Below are positions 18,451 to 27,993 of a stretch of 64,000 nt of DNA, one piece after another. A program made the translations under genes and the position numbers. The stretch is from an uncultured virus (IMG/VR IMGVR_UViG_3300046517_000746) (taxonomy: Duplodnaviria > Heunggongvirae > Uroviricota > Caudoviricetes): IMG/VR virus record IMGVR_UViG_3300046517_000746. The stretch is one strand, 5' to 3'. The notes under the pieces are model-generated. The model saw only the letters and a program-made list of their open reading frames with translations. It had not been told where the DNA came from and ran no database searches. The stretch's first letter is position 1. Each line of letters begins with the position of its first letter.

Positions 18451-19681
18451 GCAGCGCAATAAACCGTCGAAGCCCGGTGGACTTATCAACACCTATCGAC
18501 TTGATAAGGCCAGCGTTCTCCATAAGCTTGATGGCGTTAGTGCAGCTATGGATAGGGATGCGCTCCTTGGCGAAGTTCATGACCTGATGTTCGTGAAGAC
18601 CTTTCGTTCCACCCCCTACGAGTATGAAGTGGTAGATTTCGTCCATCGCTTTTGCATCCGCAAGGTTGCCTCCGGCTTTGAAGATCTCAGGCATAAAGAT
18701 TTCTGCCTCTATTAACCATTCCATTGCACGGTTGAAGTCTTCCATCGTTAGGAGAAGGCTATCGCCTTTGTCAGCGGAGGAGATCATGCAGAGCTTGAGT
18801 AGGTGGGTTGAGCGCCGGGTGTTGTAATGCAATAGCTTCGGGTGCGTCGGGATGGGAAGCTGCCCTGTGGTCCTCCATCTATTCATAGCTTCTTTGAAGT
18901 CTTCCGTTATAGCAAAGGCACCATGAAGTAGGTGTATCCTAGCGATGTCAGATAGCATATCCACTGGTAGCTTGCGTTCACGGATAGCAAAGAGATCCCC
19001 TATGATCCGCTCGTCAGAGAAGATCATTATGATCCTAGAGGTCAGCCCCTGATCCCATGCACCCTCTGGCATGAACTTCATCAGGTTCGAGGGGGTAGTG
19101 CCTGAGAGGATGGAGAGTTGTGGGTTCTTGATCTTGATCTTGATGTCCTTTCCTCTTCTCCGCTGGCCGTATGGAACGACTACGTCGTAGAAGGTAGTGA
19201 GGCCACCGATAAGTTCTGGATCAAACGTGTGCATGAAAGCTGTTAGCTCATCGGCGTAGATTGATAGAGAGTAGAAGTCCTCCGGTACCATGCTATCATT
19301 CATCACCGTTCGCTTGGCCTCCAGCATACTATCCACTAGCGCCGCCATTGTCATTGAGGTTGGCGCTATGTGAAAGTCAGGGAGGTCGTTGACAAAGCTT
19401 CGGGCTTTCATTATCGTTCTGGTCTTCCCTACCCCTGGGTGCCCGACCAAGAAGACATATAGATTAGGATAAAGATATCCATCAGTCCAAAGATGAACCT
19501 TCTGCTCTAGCACAGCGCCAATAGTAGAGATCGCCGCCCACTTGCGGTAGATGGGTGCTGACTCTATACCTGCTGAGTTCTCAATAAAACTCTCTATCCA
19601 AGATTGACACTTCCGGAGTGCGCCTCCGTTGATCACCCTGGACATAGGCCTTGAGACCATCTGGATTTTTCTGTCCATCAA
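18440..19681 (-). CDS. DUF3987/YfjI-type P-loop ATPase (putative replicative helicase)
   Basis: YPNLYVFLVGHPGVGKT Walker A, SIYADE Walker B, GLTSRI; follows the polymerase. Start codon uncertain. Confidence 0.75.
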   Translation of the reverse strand: MMDRKIQMVSRPMSRVINGGALRKCQSWIESFIENSAGIESAPIYRKWAAISTIGAVLEQKVHLWTDGYLYPNLYVFLVGHPGVGKTRTIMKARSFVNDLPDFHIAPTSMTMAALVDSMLEAKRTVMNDSMVPEDFYSLSIYADELTAFMHTFDPELIGGLTTFYDVVVPYGQRRRGKDIKIKIKNPQLSILSGTTPSNLMKFMPEGAWDQGLTSRIIMIFSDERIIGDLFAIRERKLPVDMLSDIARIHLLHGAFAITEDFKEAMNRWRTTGQLPIPTHPKLLHYNTRRSTHLLKLCMISSADKGDSLLLTMEDFNRAMEWLIEAEIFMPEIFKAGGNLADAKAMDEIYHFILVGGGTKGLHEHQVMNFAKERIPIHSCTNAIKLMENAGLIKSIGVDKSTGLRRFIALPKT

Positions 19682-21068
19682 ACTTCCCCCAATTCCAGCC
19701 TACCTTGCAGTCGTAAGGGATTAGGAATTCCCTTCCGTGACTTAGTTGGATTGGGTACCTCAACTGCTTGAGGACTTTAGGTATGATTTCATCTTCCTCT
19801 TCTTCCGGGTATTGGATTAAGATAGCATCGTGGATTTGCATTAGGAGTTCCGCATCATGATGTAACCAAACATTAAGCATGCCGTGGTTAAGTATATCAG
19901 CAAGGCTCCCTTGAGGATCATAAGCGATTGCTTCTCGTAGAGTAGAGTCATCATCACGCCTACCAAAAAACCAACGCTTGCGACCGAGGAGGCTGATAAT
20001 AAATCCCACAGATCGGAGTTTATGTTCAACATCTTGGTGCCACCTTAGGTGTGCAGGGAAGGCCTTGAAGTATAGCGGCTGAAACTCCTCGATAGCACGT
20101 CGGTCAACCTTCGCCTGTTGTGAGAGAGTAGTAGCCTTGCCTCCGTAGTTTGTACCATGTCCGATTTTCTTGCACATGAACCGACGATCGTAATGTCGGT
20201 AATAAGGTAGCTCTGCGAACGTACGATCCTTAGCAAGATCGTTCGTCCACGGGAGCCCGGGCCAACATATCTTGGCAACAGTAGTGTGTAGATCACCAGT
20301 TTCACAAGCATCCAGATAGCTTGCATCCTCGAATAGGTTCCACTCGATTGCTCCAACAACACGGCTCTCTCCTTGTTCTGCATCTAGGTACGCCATCTTC
20401 ATCCCTTTATCTGCGACGAAGACACTACGTAGGATTTCTTCAATGTTCTGGAGATTAGTTCCAGTTCCAAACTCGCTGAATGAAGAGCTAAAGCGACCTG
20501 TAGTGGTTCCGGCGATGTTATACGATGTTCGCATTCTACCGTCAGGGTCAATCTCGGTTTTGAGCATTGAGATTTTCTTACCAAGCTCTCGTAGCGCTTT
20601 GATATGTGTGACAATTGGTTTGGCAATGAGGTAGGACTCCAGTCGTTCAAGAGCATCTCTATTGACTGTTGGCCTCCCTTGCCTAGTGATGGGTGGAATT
20701 TTAAGTTTATCATAGAACAACTCCATAAGGTTAGGGTTGCTACGCCAGTTGAAGTGATCCATCCCCACGCCTTCGAACACCAAGCGCTCGAGATTGCGTT
20801 CGAGGAGATCGATCTTACGATAGTAGGCTTCAATAACTTCTGCCTTGCGAAATTTATCGATCTTCACCCCACGCAATCTCATATCCAAGACCGGACCTTG
20901 GAGTTTTCTGGAAAAAGTGTAGGTTTTTAAGGTATGATAGTCTAATTGAGGAAGAAGAGCATCGAGGACCTCGGAAGTGATGCAGCAATCGAGGCCGTTG
21001 TAGATCCAATCCCTCTCTGTTGGTGGGACAGAGAGGGGGTCGAGGTTGTGGGTTTCGATGACTTTCAT
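19581..21068 (-). CDS. polA: Family A DNA polymerase (ExoIII plus polymerase domain; C-terminal half of a split enzyme)
   Basis: YNGLD ExoIII, TTTGRFSS, motif A DAEQGESR, motif B RFMCKKIGHGTNYG, motif C QIHDA. Confidence 0.92.
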   Translation of the reverse strand: MKVIETHNLDPLSVPPTERDWIYNGLDCCITSEVLDALLPQLDYHTLKTYTFSRKLQGPVLDMRLRGVKIDKFRKAEVIEAYYRKIDLLERNLERLVFEGVGMDHFNWRSNPNLMELFYDKLKIPPITRQGRPTVNRDALERLESYLIAKPIVTHIKALRELGKKISMLKTEIDPDGRMRTSYNIAGTTTGRFSSSFSEFGTGTNLQNIEEILRSVFVADKGMKMAYLDAEQGESRVVGAIEWNLFEDASYLDACETGDLHTTVAKICWPGLPWTNDLAKDRTFAELPYYRHYDRRFMCKKIGHGTNYGGKATTLSQQAKVDRRAIEEFQPLYFKAFPAHLRWHQDVEHKLRSVGFIISLLGRKRWFFGRRDDDSTLREAIAYDPQGSLADILNHGMLNVWLHHDAELLMQIHDAILIQYPEEEEDEIIPKVLKQLRYPIQLSHGREFLIPYDCKVGWNWGKFDGQKNPDGLKAYVQGDQRRRTPEVSILDREFY

Positions 21069-21631
21069 CGTTTTGCTGTGCGTCCGTACCACCTTCTTGC
21101 ATCACGGAACCCACTCTCGGTCGGAGTGGCATAGGCCCCAGGCTCTTCACCAGCGCGCCTTTCTTTACTCTCAGCACGTAACTCTGCCATCTCTTCAGAT
21201 TGTGAACACTCTATGGATCGGTTCCACCTTGGCGGCTTGTATGTGATATCCAAAGGCATTAGCTTTAAGAGTTCTTTCTTGCCTTTCTTTATATCATCGT
21301 TTATCCTAGCTACCTTCTTTCCATCGCTGGGCAACTCATATCTAATAGCAACGTCGATATTGTCTGTGAAGATAACCTTTAGGAGTGAGTTGGTGGTTTG
21401 TGTAGCGTAGACTCCAGGTAACCGCCCTACACCATTATCTTGTATGCATTTACTTAGATGGCCAGCCGTACCACCCTTACCCTGTGATCCCCAAACATCT
21501 TGTTTATCAAGATGTGCTGTAAGTTCTTCTGTAGCATCTATCACTTGTACTTTCCGTTTTTCTCGTGTGCGTGGATCAAGAATTTGCTCGAAGAAGTGTG
21601 GAACGTTCTTAAGATAACGTGGCTTTCTCAT
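21065..21631 (-). CDS. Hypothetical protein between the two polymerase halves
   Basis: GGAG SD; stop overlaps the polymerase ATG (ATGA). Confidence 0.65.
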   Translation of the reverse strand: MRKPRYLKNVPHFFEQILDPRTREKRKVQVIDATEELTAHLDKQDVWGSQGKGGTAGHLSKCIQDNGVGRLPGVYATQTTNSLLKVIFTDNIDVAIRYELPSDGKKVARINDDIKKGKKELLKLMPLDITYKPPRWNRSIECSQSEEMAELRAESKERRAGEEPGAYATPTESGFRDARRWYGRTAKR

Positions 21632-21646
21632 CGTAGTCTCCCTTGG

Positions 21647-22663
21647 TTAATCGTCACTCTTGATTGTCGCTACTCGTCTCATTTGCTTCCAATTCCCTTC
21701 ATCAGTGTAGACACTCCCAAGAAAGCCGAGCGACTTTAAGCTCTCCGGCTGTAAAGCATGATGAAGAAGCATAGTGTCATGTTCCGCTCCCCATACCTTC
21801 ATCCCTACCGATCTTCTGATGAAGGCAATGTCATAGAGGCCGTTCTGGAACGTCTTACGTATTGACTTGTCTTCGAGAATATCTTTGACAAACTTCCAAG
21901 CTCTTTGCTCACTCTCTGCATTTCTCCAGAAATTCTTTCCCAATCGTCTGCCATCAACAAAGGGGACGACGAGTGCAATTCTAGGATTGGGGGCGAAACC
22001 AATGCACGTAATTTGGTTTCCAGCTGTTTCAATATCAACAGAGCATCTTCCACAACCATTAATGTAGCGTCGTTTGAACTCATGGAGGTCCTCTATCGTT
22101 GGTTGGATCCAGATGGTTCGTTCTGGTCTTCGGATGTCAGGGAAGAGTGCTTCTCGCTTTGCCTTGAGGAAGTCCATGATAACCGTTGGTCGCAGTCCCC
22201 ATTGACGAATGACAGCAGCGGGATGGAAGGTGGGAAGGACCTTATATCCAGTTGCTGTATGAGTAGAGAGTTGAGTCGTGCCACGTATTGCAGATATTCC
22301 TGTCTTACCCAACATGGCCCAAACAGCAGTATTGCCCAAGGCAATGATGATATTAGGGTTAACTTTAACAACCTCTTCCCCCAGCCTCTCCAATTCCGGG
22401 ATGTATTGTGCTTGGACATACTTCCCCTTCCCTAAGCTTGGAAAGCCTCTAATAGCTTCTTCCTTTGGTCCACAGAGAGCTTCAATCTTATTATCCGCTG
22501 GCCGCAGGTTGAATACATTAGTAAGGAAGCAGTTCGCCCTTTCAATTCCAGCCTCGTCCAGCATCCGAGTGAGTAGGTACCCTGAGGGACCAACAAATGG
22601 TGCTCTTTCGATCTCTTCTCTTTCTCCGTAGGCTTCACCGATGATGAATATGGCATTTTTCAT
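21647..22663 (-). CDS. Uracil-DNA glycosylase (family 4-like) fused to ExoI/ExoII of a 3'-5' exonuclease (N-terminal half of split PolA)
   Basis: IIGEAYG, PFVGPSG, TNV, ALG and TFHPAA UDG motifs; SVDIET ExoI; FQNGLYD ExoII; HDTMLLHH. Confidence 0.88.
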   Translation of the reverse strand: MKNAIFIIGEAYGEREEIERAPFVGPSGYLLTRMLDEAGIERANCFLTNVFNLRPADNKIEALCGPKEEAIRGFPSLGKGKYVQAQYIPELERLGEEVVKVNPNIIIALGNTAVWAMLGKTGISAIRGTTQLSTHTATGYKVLPTFHPAAVIRQWGLRPTVIMDFLKAKREALFPDIRRPERTIWIQPTIEDLHEFKRRYINGCGRCSVDIETAGNQITCIGFAPNPRIALVVPFVDGRRLGKNFWRNAESEQRAWKFVKDILEDKSIRKTFQNGLYDIAFIRRSVGMKVWGAEHDTMLLHHALQPESLKSLGFLGSVYTDEGNWKQMRRVATIKSDD

Positions 22664-22681
22664 ACTTTCTCCTAGTTATTA

Positions 22682-22752
22682 GCAGCCGGGGCCAGGGTTG
22701 GTGGTGGGTGGGCATGACCCCGGCTGCCTTAGGCTACAGGAGGACCCTGTAG
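22682..22752 (-). terminator. Two hairpins between the SSB-like gene and UDG-exo
   Basis: GCAGCCGGGG...CCCCGGCTGC and GCTACAGG-AGGAC-CCTGTAGC stems. Confidence 0.4.
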
Positions 22753-22754
22753 CT

Positions 22755-23225
22755 TTAGTCTTCTGCGACAGGTGCCGTCGAAGTTAGTTGGGCAAAGATA
22801 CCCGTACCATCCTGCGACGGAACGTGTTTGAGTGTAGCGAGGACCTGACGGTTCTGCGCTTCACCTATCAATTGACGGATCTTCTTCTTTCCTTCTGTGA
22901 TTTGAAGGTCGTTGATGAGAAAGTCCTTCAATCTGTAGAGAGAGTCTTCAGTAAGGTAGAAGGTCGCACGGATGCGCTTATCAGCTAGTGCCTTGACACT
23001 TCCGTCACCGCTGGTAAGGGCAGTTTGAAGATCGTTTTCATTCACGTCATCAAGTGCAGCCATGGGCTTCAAAGAGTACTCGATGAACTTCGTACCCTTC
23101 TTAGAGGACTCACCTTCTCTATATTGCCCATCAACAACACATTGATACGTCCCTGGAGGTAGCGGCTTGGGGCGTTCAACTTCTGAAGACGGTTTATCGA
23201 GGATTGAGCTAAACGTGTCGGCCAT
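22755..23225 (-). CDS. DUF669-like single-stranded DNA-binding protein
   Basis: KPLPPGTY...SSKKGT...FYLTEDSLYRLKDFL; follows the Sak4-like ATPase; GGAG SD before ATG 23225. Confidence 0.6.
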   Translation of the reverse strand: MADTFSSILDKPSSEVERPKPLPPGTYQCVVDGQYREGESSKKGTKFIEYSLKPMAALDDVNENDLQTALTSGDGSVKALADKRIRATFYLTEDSLYRLKDFLINDLQITEGKKKIRQLIGEAQNRQVLATLKHVPSQDGTGIFAQLTSTAPVAED

Positions 23226-23226
23226 G

Positions 23227-24141
23227 TTATATTCTCCGTTTGAGTGTGTATGGTGATTTGGGTGTGATTGTGTGTATGTGTGGGGGTTTGGCTGGCGAGG
23301 CCGGAAGTGCCAATTCTCCTTGTGGTTGTTCACGAAGACAGGAAAAGAAATCCGCAAGGCCGGTTGCGATTGGGTAGGAGGGTTGCATTGCGAAAGGCCT
23401 TGGGTTCTTGAGGTCAATCATTGCCGTTGCGACGGTTTGAATAGTGCGCTTGCCGCCTGACGAAGTTTGACAAAGGGCCACGCTATTAAAGTAGCGAGGT
23501 ATCTGTGGAGAGAGCGCCGACCCAACTGCTGTTGGGTAACCTTTCTTCGTACCGTCGGGGTTGTCCACATACCGAACATGGGAGATCACTATCACGTTGG
23601 TTTTGAAGCTTTCCGAAGTAACGAGCGCCAAGACGCTCTCGATAGCATCCTGGGCGTCCTTGTAGACCGCACGGATGTCGAACTGTCCTGAAGTTTTACT
23701 CCTCGGTGTGAGAGGCTCGCGGAAATCAAAGGCAGCATCGCTGAGAAAGGTGAGGGAGTCGATGACAAGAATACAATCCTTGCCCCATTCGGCCGGTACT
23801 CCCAGATCCGTTTCGGTGCCTTCTTCATCCTTATATCTCCATCTATCCAGCATATTCAGGGCTTTGATAAAGGCGGAGGGCATCCCGTCAATGATTGGAC
23901 CAAGCGGCGACGCCTTTCGCTTATCACGGAGAGTTCTAAACTCAACATTTTCAATTCTCTCCGGACATTCCTTGAGGACATATTGCTTGAGAGTCTCGAG
24001 TCCATTGTCCATATCGATAATGCGTAGCTTATATCCCGCCGCAACGAGACTAGCAAGCGCTCCCGTTTTTCCAGAGCCGCTATCTCCTTCGATAAGAAGT
24101 TTTGTGAATTCATTGGATTGGTGGTGGGCTAGGGTTGGCAT
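23227..24141 (-). CDS. AAA_24/Sak4-like ATPase (single-strand annealing recombinase)
   Basis: KLLIEGDSGSGKT, IIDMDNG, LVIDSLT, VIVISH. Confidence 0.8.
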   Translation of the reverse strand: MPTLAHHQSNEFTKLLIEGDSGSGKTGALASLVAAGYKLRIIDMDNGLETLKQYVLKECPERIENVEFRTLRDKRKASPLGPIIDGMPSAFIKALNMLDRWRYKDEEGTETDLGVPAEWGKDCILVIDSLTFLSDAAFDFREPLTPRSKTSGQFDIRAVYKDAQDAIESVLALVTSESFKTNVIVISHVRYVDNPDGTKKGYPTAVGSALSPQIPRYFNSVALCQTSSGGKRTIQTVATAMIDLKNPRPFAMQPSYPIATGLADFFSCLREQPQGELALPASPAKPPHIHTITPKSPYTLKRRI

Positions 24142-24322
24142 AAAGGATCTCCGTGTATAAGGTGAGGATATCTCCGGCTCTAACGTCGGCGAAGGGTGGG
24201 AGTAAGACAGTCATAGTGGTTGACCCTCCTAAGGCGATCTTCATTTGCGACTCAGTGCGCTCTGTTACTCGGTACTTGCCAAGTTGGAGGACTAAACGCC
24301 TCTGATGCGGAGGGGGTTCCAC
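24110..24322 (-). CDS. Hypothetical protein
   Basis: 70-aa ORF filling the gap between nuclease and ATPase. Confidence 0.5.
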   Translation of the reverse strand: MEPPPHQRRLVLQLGKYRVTERTESQMKIALGGSTTMTVLLPPFADVRAGDILTLYTEILYANPSPPPIQ

Positions 24323-25344
24323 CGTTCACCTTTTTCAAATGCTGATTTGAGGAATTGCTCTCTAACCGAAGGTGATTTAGAGCAGATATCCCTGAACCTA
24401 CAACCACCGTACTTATCACAAGCCGTGTCGTTCATCGGCCAGTAATCGGCCTCTGCATAACTCTCTGCAAGGTTGAACCAGTATTCGAGGTCCTTGACGT
24501 ACTCGTCGAGTTGGTCGGAAGTACGGTAAGTAAAGCCACGAACATAGCGGCTACTATCAGCAAGAACTTGAGCGGCGTCGATAATAACCCCCTTGATTGG
24601 CGAGCCGAGGATGACCTTGGAAGCCAGGGTGTAGAGGGACATTTGATTGTTGGGCTCGAAGGAATTGAAATAATAAGCCGAAGGTGTCGTGGTGGTGGTC
24701 TTCCGATCCATGACAAATAGGCTGTCCATGTACTCCACAACTCTGTCCAAGTGACCACAGAGTATGTATGGTTGAGTACTTTCCTCAGTTACCGTTGCAC
24801 CAGGAACATTACGACTAATCCTTGGTCCCCAATCCAAATCAAACTGAAACGACAGTTCTACTGCCGGTCTCCCGTCATTGAGAATGACAGTTTTAGCTGG
24901 GTCGTTCTCGAACTGATCGAGGTACCATACCACTGTTCTAATGAGAGCTTCTCTTGTCTTAAGCTTCTCTCCGCGAGTGCCGTCATCGTCCGGAGGTGTG
25001 TAATCAACTGTTCGTAGGAGGAGGGCTCGAACTGTATCACGAACTGCGTTATCATGGTCGGTTCCTTCTGCTTTTGATCTGTCGTAGTCTTCCAAGGCTT
25101 TGTGGTATTCGGTTCCAAACCGAAGGTGGATACTCTCTCCTCGACCTGTCCAGCCCTCTATCATGATGTATTGGTAGAGCCGTGGGCAGGTTTTGAGATA
25201 GCCGATGGAGGTGCTGTCCCAGGCGTATTGGATGTTGGTTCCTTGGAGGAACGGGGATGGGTCCTTGGTGAATTCGGTGTTCTCGTCTATTACGACAGGG
25301 TGAAGTCCTGAGGCTTCTAGGTGGTCTATGAGGCTCATTACCAA
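24292..25344 (-). CDS. PD-(D/E)xK exonuclease (Cas4/RecB-like)
   Basis: CPRLY, GHLDRV...VMDRKT, QMSLY, C-terminal C-x5-C-x5-C. Confidence 0.85.
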   Translation of the reverse strand: MVMSLIDHLEASGLHPVVIDENTEFTKDPSPFLQGTNIQYAWDSTSIGYLKTCPRLYQYIMIEGWTGRGESIHLRFGTEYHKALEDYDRSKAEGTDHDNAVRDTVRALLLRTVDYTPPDDDGTRGEKLKTREALIRTVVWYLDQFENDPAKTVILNDGRPAVELSFQFDLDWGPRISRNVPGATVTEESTQPYILCGHLDRVVEYMDSLFVMDRKTTTTTPSAYYFNSFEPNNQMSLYTLASKVILGSPIKGVIIDAAQVLADSSRYVRGFTYRTSDQLDEYVKDLEYWFNLAESYAEADYWPMNDTACDKYGGCRFRDICSKSPSVREQFLKSAFEKGERWNPLRIRGV

Positions 25345-25568
25345 CTCCTTCTCTTTGAGGGTGGCTCTGATGGTGCTTCAACTCTCTTTGTCAGTCCAAG
25401 AGCCGCAAGGTCGAGTGTTTTCTTTGGCCCCTCAGCCTTCTTCGGCTTGATCCCTTTCTCAATCATCCCTCTCTGCTTGCGCATGTAGGCGATGATATCA
25501 TCGATGTTCCTATCCGTCATATCTGTTGCGTCGATTATTTCCCAATAGGCGTCAATCTCTTCGCTCAT
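25338..25568 (-). CDS. Hypothetical protein
   Basis: Coupled ORF. Confidence 0.6.
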   Translation of the reverse strand: MSEEIDAYWEIIDATDMTDRNIDDIIAYMRKQRGMIEKGIKPKKAEGPKKTLDLAALGLTKRVEAPSEPPSKRRSW

Positions 25569-25713
25569 TGATTTGGTCCTTTCTCAACCATTCTCTGATC
25601 TTATCTCTAACTATCTCACTCCACCCCCAACCGTAGCGTTTTTTCAAGATATGATAATCTTTCTCGTAGAGGTTGATGGTGGTACGTGCTAGAGGTTCGT
25701 CTGATTTTTGCAC
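25552..25713 (-). CDS. Ribbon-helix-helix-like small DNA-binding protein
   Basis: RTTINLYEKDYHILKK...WSEIVRDKI pattern; start codon uncertain. Confidence 0.5.
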   Translation of the reverse strand: MQKSDEPLARTTINLYEKDYHILKKRYGWGWSEIVRDKIREWLRKDQINERRD

Positions 25714-25717
25714 AGCG

Positions 25718-25945
25718 CTAGTCCATGTTTGTCTGTTTCTTACAGAGGAATATCTCATCTTCCTTTGGAGGTTGGAAGAGGATAACGCTCTCCAACTCTT
25801 CCTCACCAAACTCTTGTCTAACACGATAGAGGTTGTTGACAAACCAACGCCTCTCGCCTTCTGTTATCACAACAGCTATGCCAATCTCTGCTTCCATCGC
25901 ACGGCGCCAGATAGCGAGGAGGATGTCGTCGGAAGGTTGCGACAT
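25718..25945 (-). CDS. Hypothetical protein
   Basis: ORF with AGGAG SD. Confidence 0.6.
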   Translation of the reverse strand: MSQPSDDILLAIWRRAMEAEIGIAVVITEGERRWFVNNLYRVRQEFGEEELESVILFQPPKEDEIFLCKKQTNMD

Positions 25946-25949
25946 TGAG

Positions 25950-26360
25950 CTAGTAGCTCCTTCTCTTGATTGGCTCAGTTACAACGACTTCACTTACCTC
26001 CATTGGAGGGTGGCTATTTCCAACGTCTTCGGGACTGATTGGCTCTACCTCGAAGTTCTGTGCATTGCGCTGTTCGAGATAGAGGTAGGCGTGTCCCTTG
26101 ACTTGCTTTAGGCGACAGACGATCTTATCGTAGATGGATTGGCCGTGCATGGGGTGGCCCTCGTCGTAGGCGTCCCTATTCTCCTCACGGTCGATCTTTC
26201 TTGCTTGATGTACCCTTGCTCGTAGGTGGGTAGCGGCCTCAAGAGAAGGCATCCTAATCCTAGCGCCTAGCTCTTGGCCAAGTGCCTTATCGAGGATGTC
26301 GTACTCTACTTGATACGAGACTCTGTGTGTTGGGAATGTCATTGTTCTCCTTTCTACCAC
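25950..26360 (-). CDS. Hypothetical protein
   Basis: ORF in the - strand operon. Confidence 0.6.
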   Translation of the reverse strand: MVERRTMTFPTHRVSYQVEYDILDKALGQELGARIRMPSLEAATHLRARVHQARKIDREENRDAYDEGHPMHGQSIYDKIVCRLKQVKGHAYLYLEQRNAQNFEVEPISPEDVGNSHPPMEVSEVVVTEPIKRRSY

Positions 26361-27775
26361 TCGATATCGAGGGAATTAACTTCAAAGAGCCGTTCCTTCG
26401 CCCGAGTGGTGATGACATAGCGCAGGTTAAGCTCTTGTTCATCTTCGCCGATAAGCCACGGATCTAAATGATAAACGGTATCAAATTCTAGACCCTTGGC
26501 CTTATGGCCTGTTAGAAGTCGGATTTCTCCTTTTTGTGCGAATAGGTGCTCAGCATAGCTAACGGCCTGTCCTAACGTCTCACCGAAGCTAGCGAAGACA
26601 ATCATGCAATCCGCTATGTCGTTAGCGGTTGTGGATTTCTTCGACATCTTCTCATTGCGCCAGTTAGCGATTAGCTCAACAAGGACCATCCTACTGGTGT
26701 TGCTATCACCAAGCTTCTTCATTATCCCCACTATCTTAGGTCCAATGTCAGAACCAGCAACAGAAACGCTACGCTTAGCGCGAAGAAGACGTAGTCCCAG
26801 CTTAAATAACGGCGCATTGTTTCTACAAATAATAGCAGCATCATCAGGTATAGTCTCCTGACGGAGCTTCTTAACAACTTCAACGTATCCTCCTGGCTTT
26901 ATCCATTTGAAATGCGGGACCCGCCACTTCGCCGCTTCGACGACCGCTTGCGGGCAGCGGAACGAGATCGAGAGGTCGCACTCGACCATATTGAACTTTG
27001 CCTTAAGGGCCGCCATACCACCTTGCATCGCCCCTCTGAAACCATAAATTGATTGCCAAGGGTCCCCAACTGCCATAATGCGGTTGACAACGAGTTTATC
27101 CAACATTGCGTGGTTAGTTGGGTTGAGGTCTTGCGTTTCGTCCACCTTGACAAGCGGGAAACTAGGGTACGTGCCTCCGAAGAGGGCGGGCATGTAAATT
27201 TGATCGTTAAAGTCAATGTACCCCTTATAAGCTTGCTGGATTGAGGTAAATAAGGCCTCATCGGTAAGCTCTGCAACCAGGTCATCTGGCTCTTGTTCAA
27301 GGGCGGCATGGAAGTCCTCGCGGGTTATTAATCTTCTTGCGTTGGGGAACTTTCCTTCAGGAACGTACCCAAGCGCCTTGGCTCTAGCGACTGCATCAAT
27401 AACGTCCCAGAAACAGTCCCATAGGGCTGGCTGGGCTGTCCTTGGCGCTTCTTTAATGAACGTCGCCAGGTTCTCTTGCGTTTTCTTTCCATTAACCGTA
27501 AGCTTACTAGCACATGCTTGAGCCCATATTCTATGTCCGAGAGAATTGAATGTCCTAACGAGTGTCGTAGACGGAAACTTCTCCGTAGCCTCTTTTGCAA
27601 CTCTTTTGTTAAAGCAGAGGTAGAGAATTGGCTCAGGGCCAATGACTCCTTGGATGAGTTCGAGGGTTGTTGTTTTGCCAGTGCCTGCAAGAGCGTTGAT
27701 AAGGAGGTTGTCATGGGAGTTCTTTACCTTTGAGAGGATTTCGAGTTGCTCAATGGTGGGCTTGGGGAGGGTCAT
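26354..27775 (-). CDS. UvrD/Rep-like superfamily 1 helicase
   Basis: ALAGTGKTT, VDETQD, VGDPWQSIYGFRGA, SFRCP, TGHKAKGLEFD, YVITTRA. Confidence 0.92.
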   Translation of the reverse strand: MTLPKPTIEQLEILSKVKNSHDNLLINALAGTGKTTTLELIQGVIGPEPILYLCFNKRVAKEATEKFPSTTLVRTFNSLGHRIWAQACASKLTVNGKKTQENLATFIKEAPRTAQPALWDCFWDVIDAVARAKALGYVPEGKFPNARRLITREDFHAALEQEPDDLVAELTDEALFTSIQQAYKGYIDFNDQIYMPALFGGTYPSFPLVKVDETQDLNPTNHAMLDKLVVNRIMAVGDPWQSIYGFRGAMQGGMAALKAKFNMVECDLSISFRCPQAVVEAAKWRVPHFKWIKPGGYVEVVKKLRQETIPDDAAIICRNNAPLFKLGLRLLRAKRSVSVAGSDIGPKIVGIMKKLGDSNTSRMVLVELIANWRNEKMSKKSTTANDIADCMIVFASFGETLGQAVSYAEHLFAQKGEIRLLTGHKAKGLEFDTVYHLDPWLIGEDEQELNLRYVITTRAKERLFEVNSLDIEW

Positions 27776-27993
27776 TGGAGACGACCCATTGCGAGGGAGG
27801 TTAGTTTCATTTGCATTTCCTTCAGCATGTCACTGACCTTCAGCCATTGACGAGCTACGGCGTTGTGGTCGTTGGCGTTGTGAAGGTGGCCTAGCATAGC
27901 GGCTTGCTCCTGGGCTTGGATGAGGTGTTCCATTAGCTTGGAGTAGCACTCACCTTCGGTGGGTATCGACATCATTTGGTATCCCGTATCCAC
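27772..27993 (-). CDS. Hypothetical protein
   Basis: Coupled to the helicase start. Confidence 0.55.
   Translation of the reverse strand: MDTGYQMMSIPTEGECYSKLMEHLIQAQEQAAMLGHLHNANDHNAVARQWLKVSDMLKEMQMKLTSLAMGRLQ

Noticed and set aside
21065..21646. Group I intron, intein or homing endonuclease interrupting the polymerase
   Set aside because: No HNH, GIY-YIG, LAGLIDADG or intein terminal motifs; almost no non-coding room for an intron core; each ORF has its own initiation signal.
19581..22663. Modified-base (Z or dU) genome system
   Set aside because: No purZ, datZ, deaminase or hypermodification genes were recognised in the window.
24292..25344. CRISPR-associated cas4
   Set aside because: No array or other cas genes; the context is a phage recombination module with Sak4-like and SSB-like genes.
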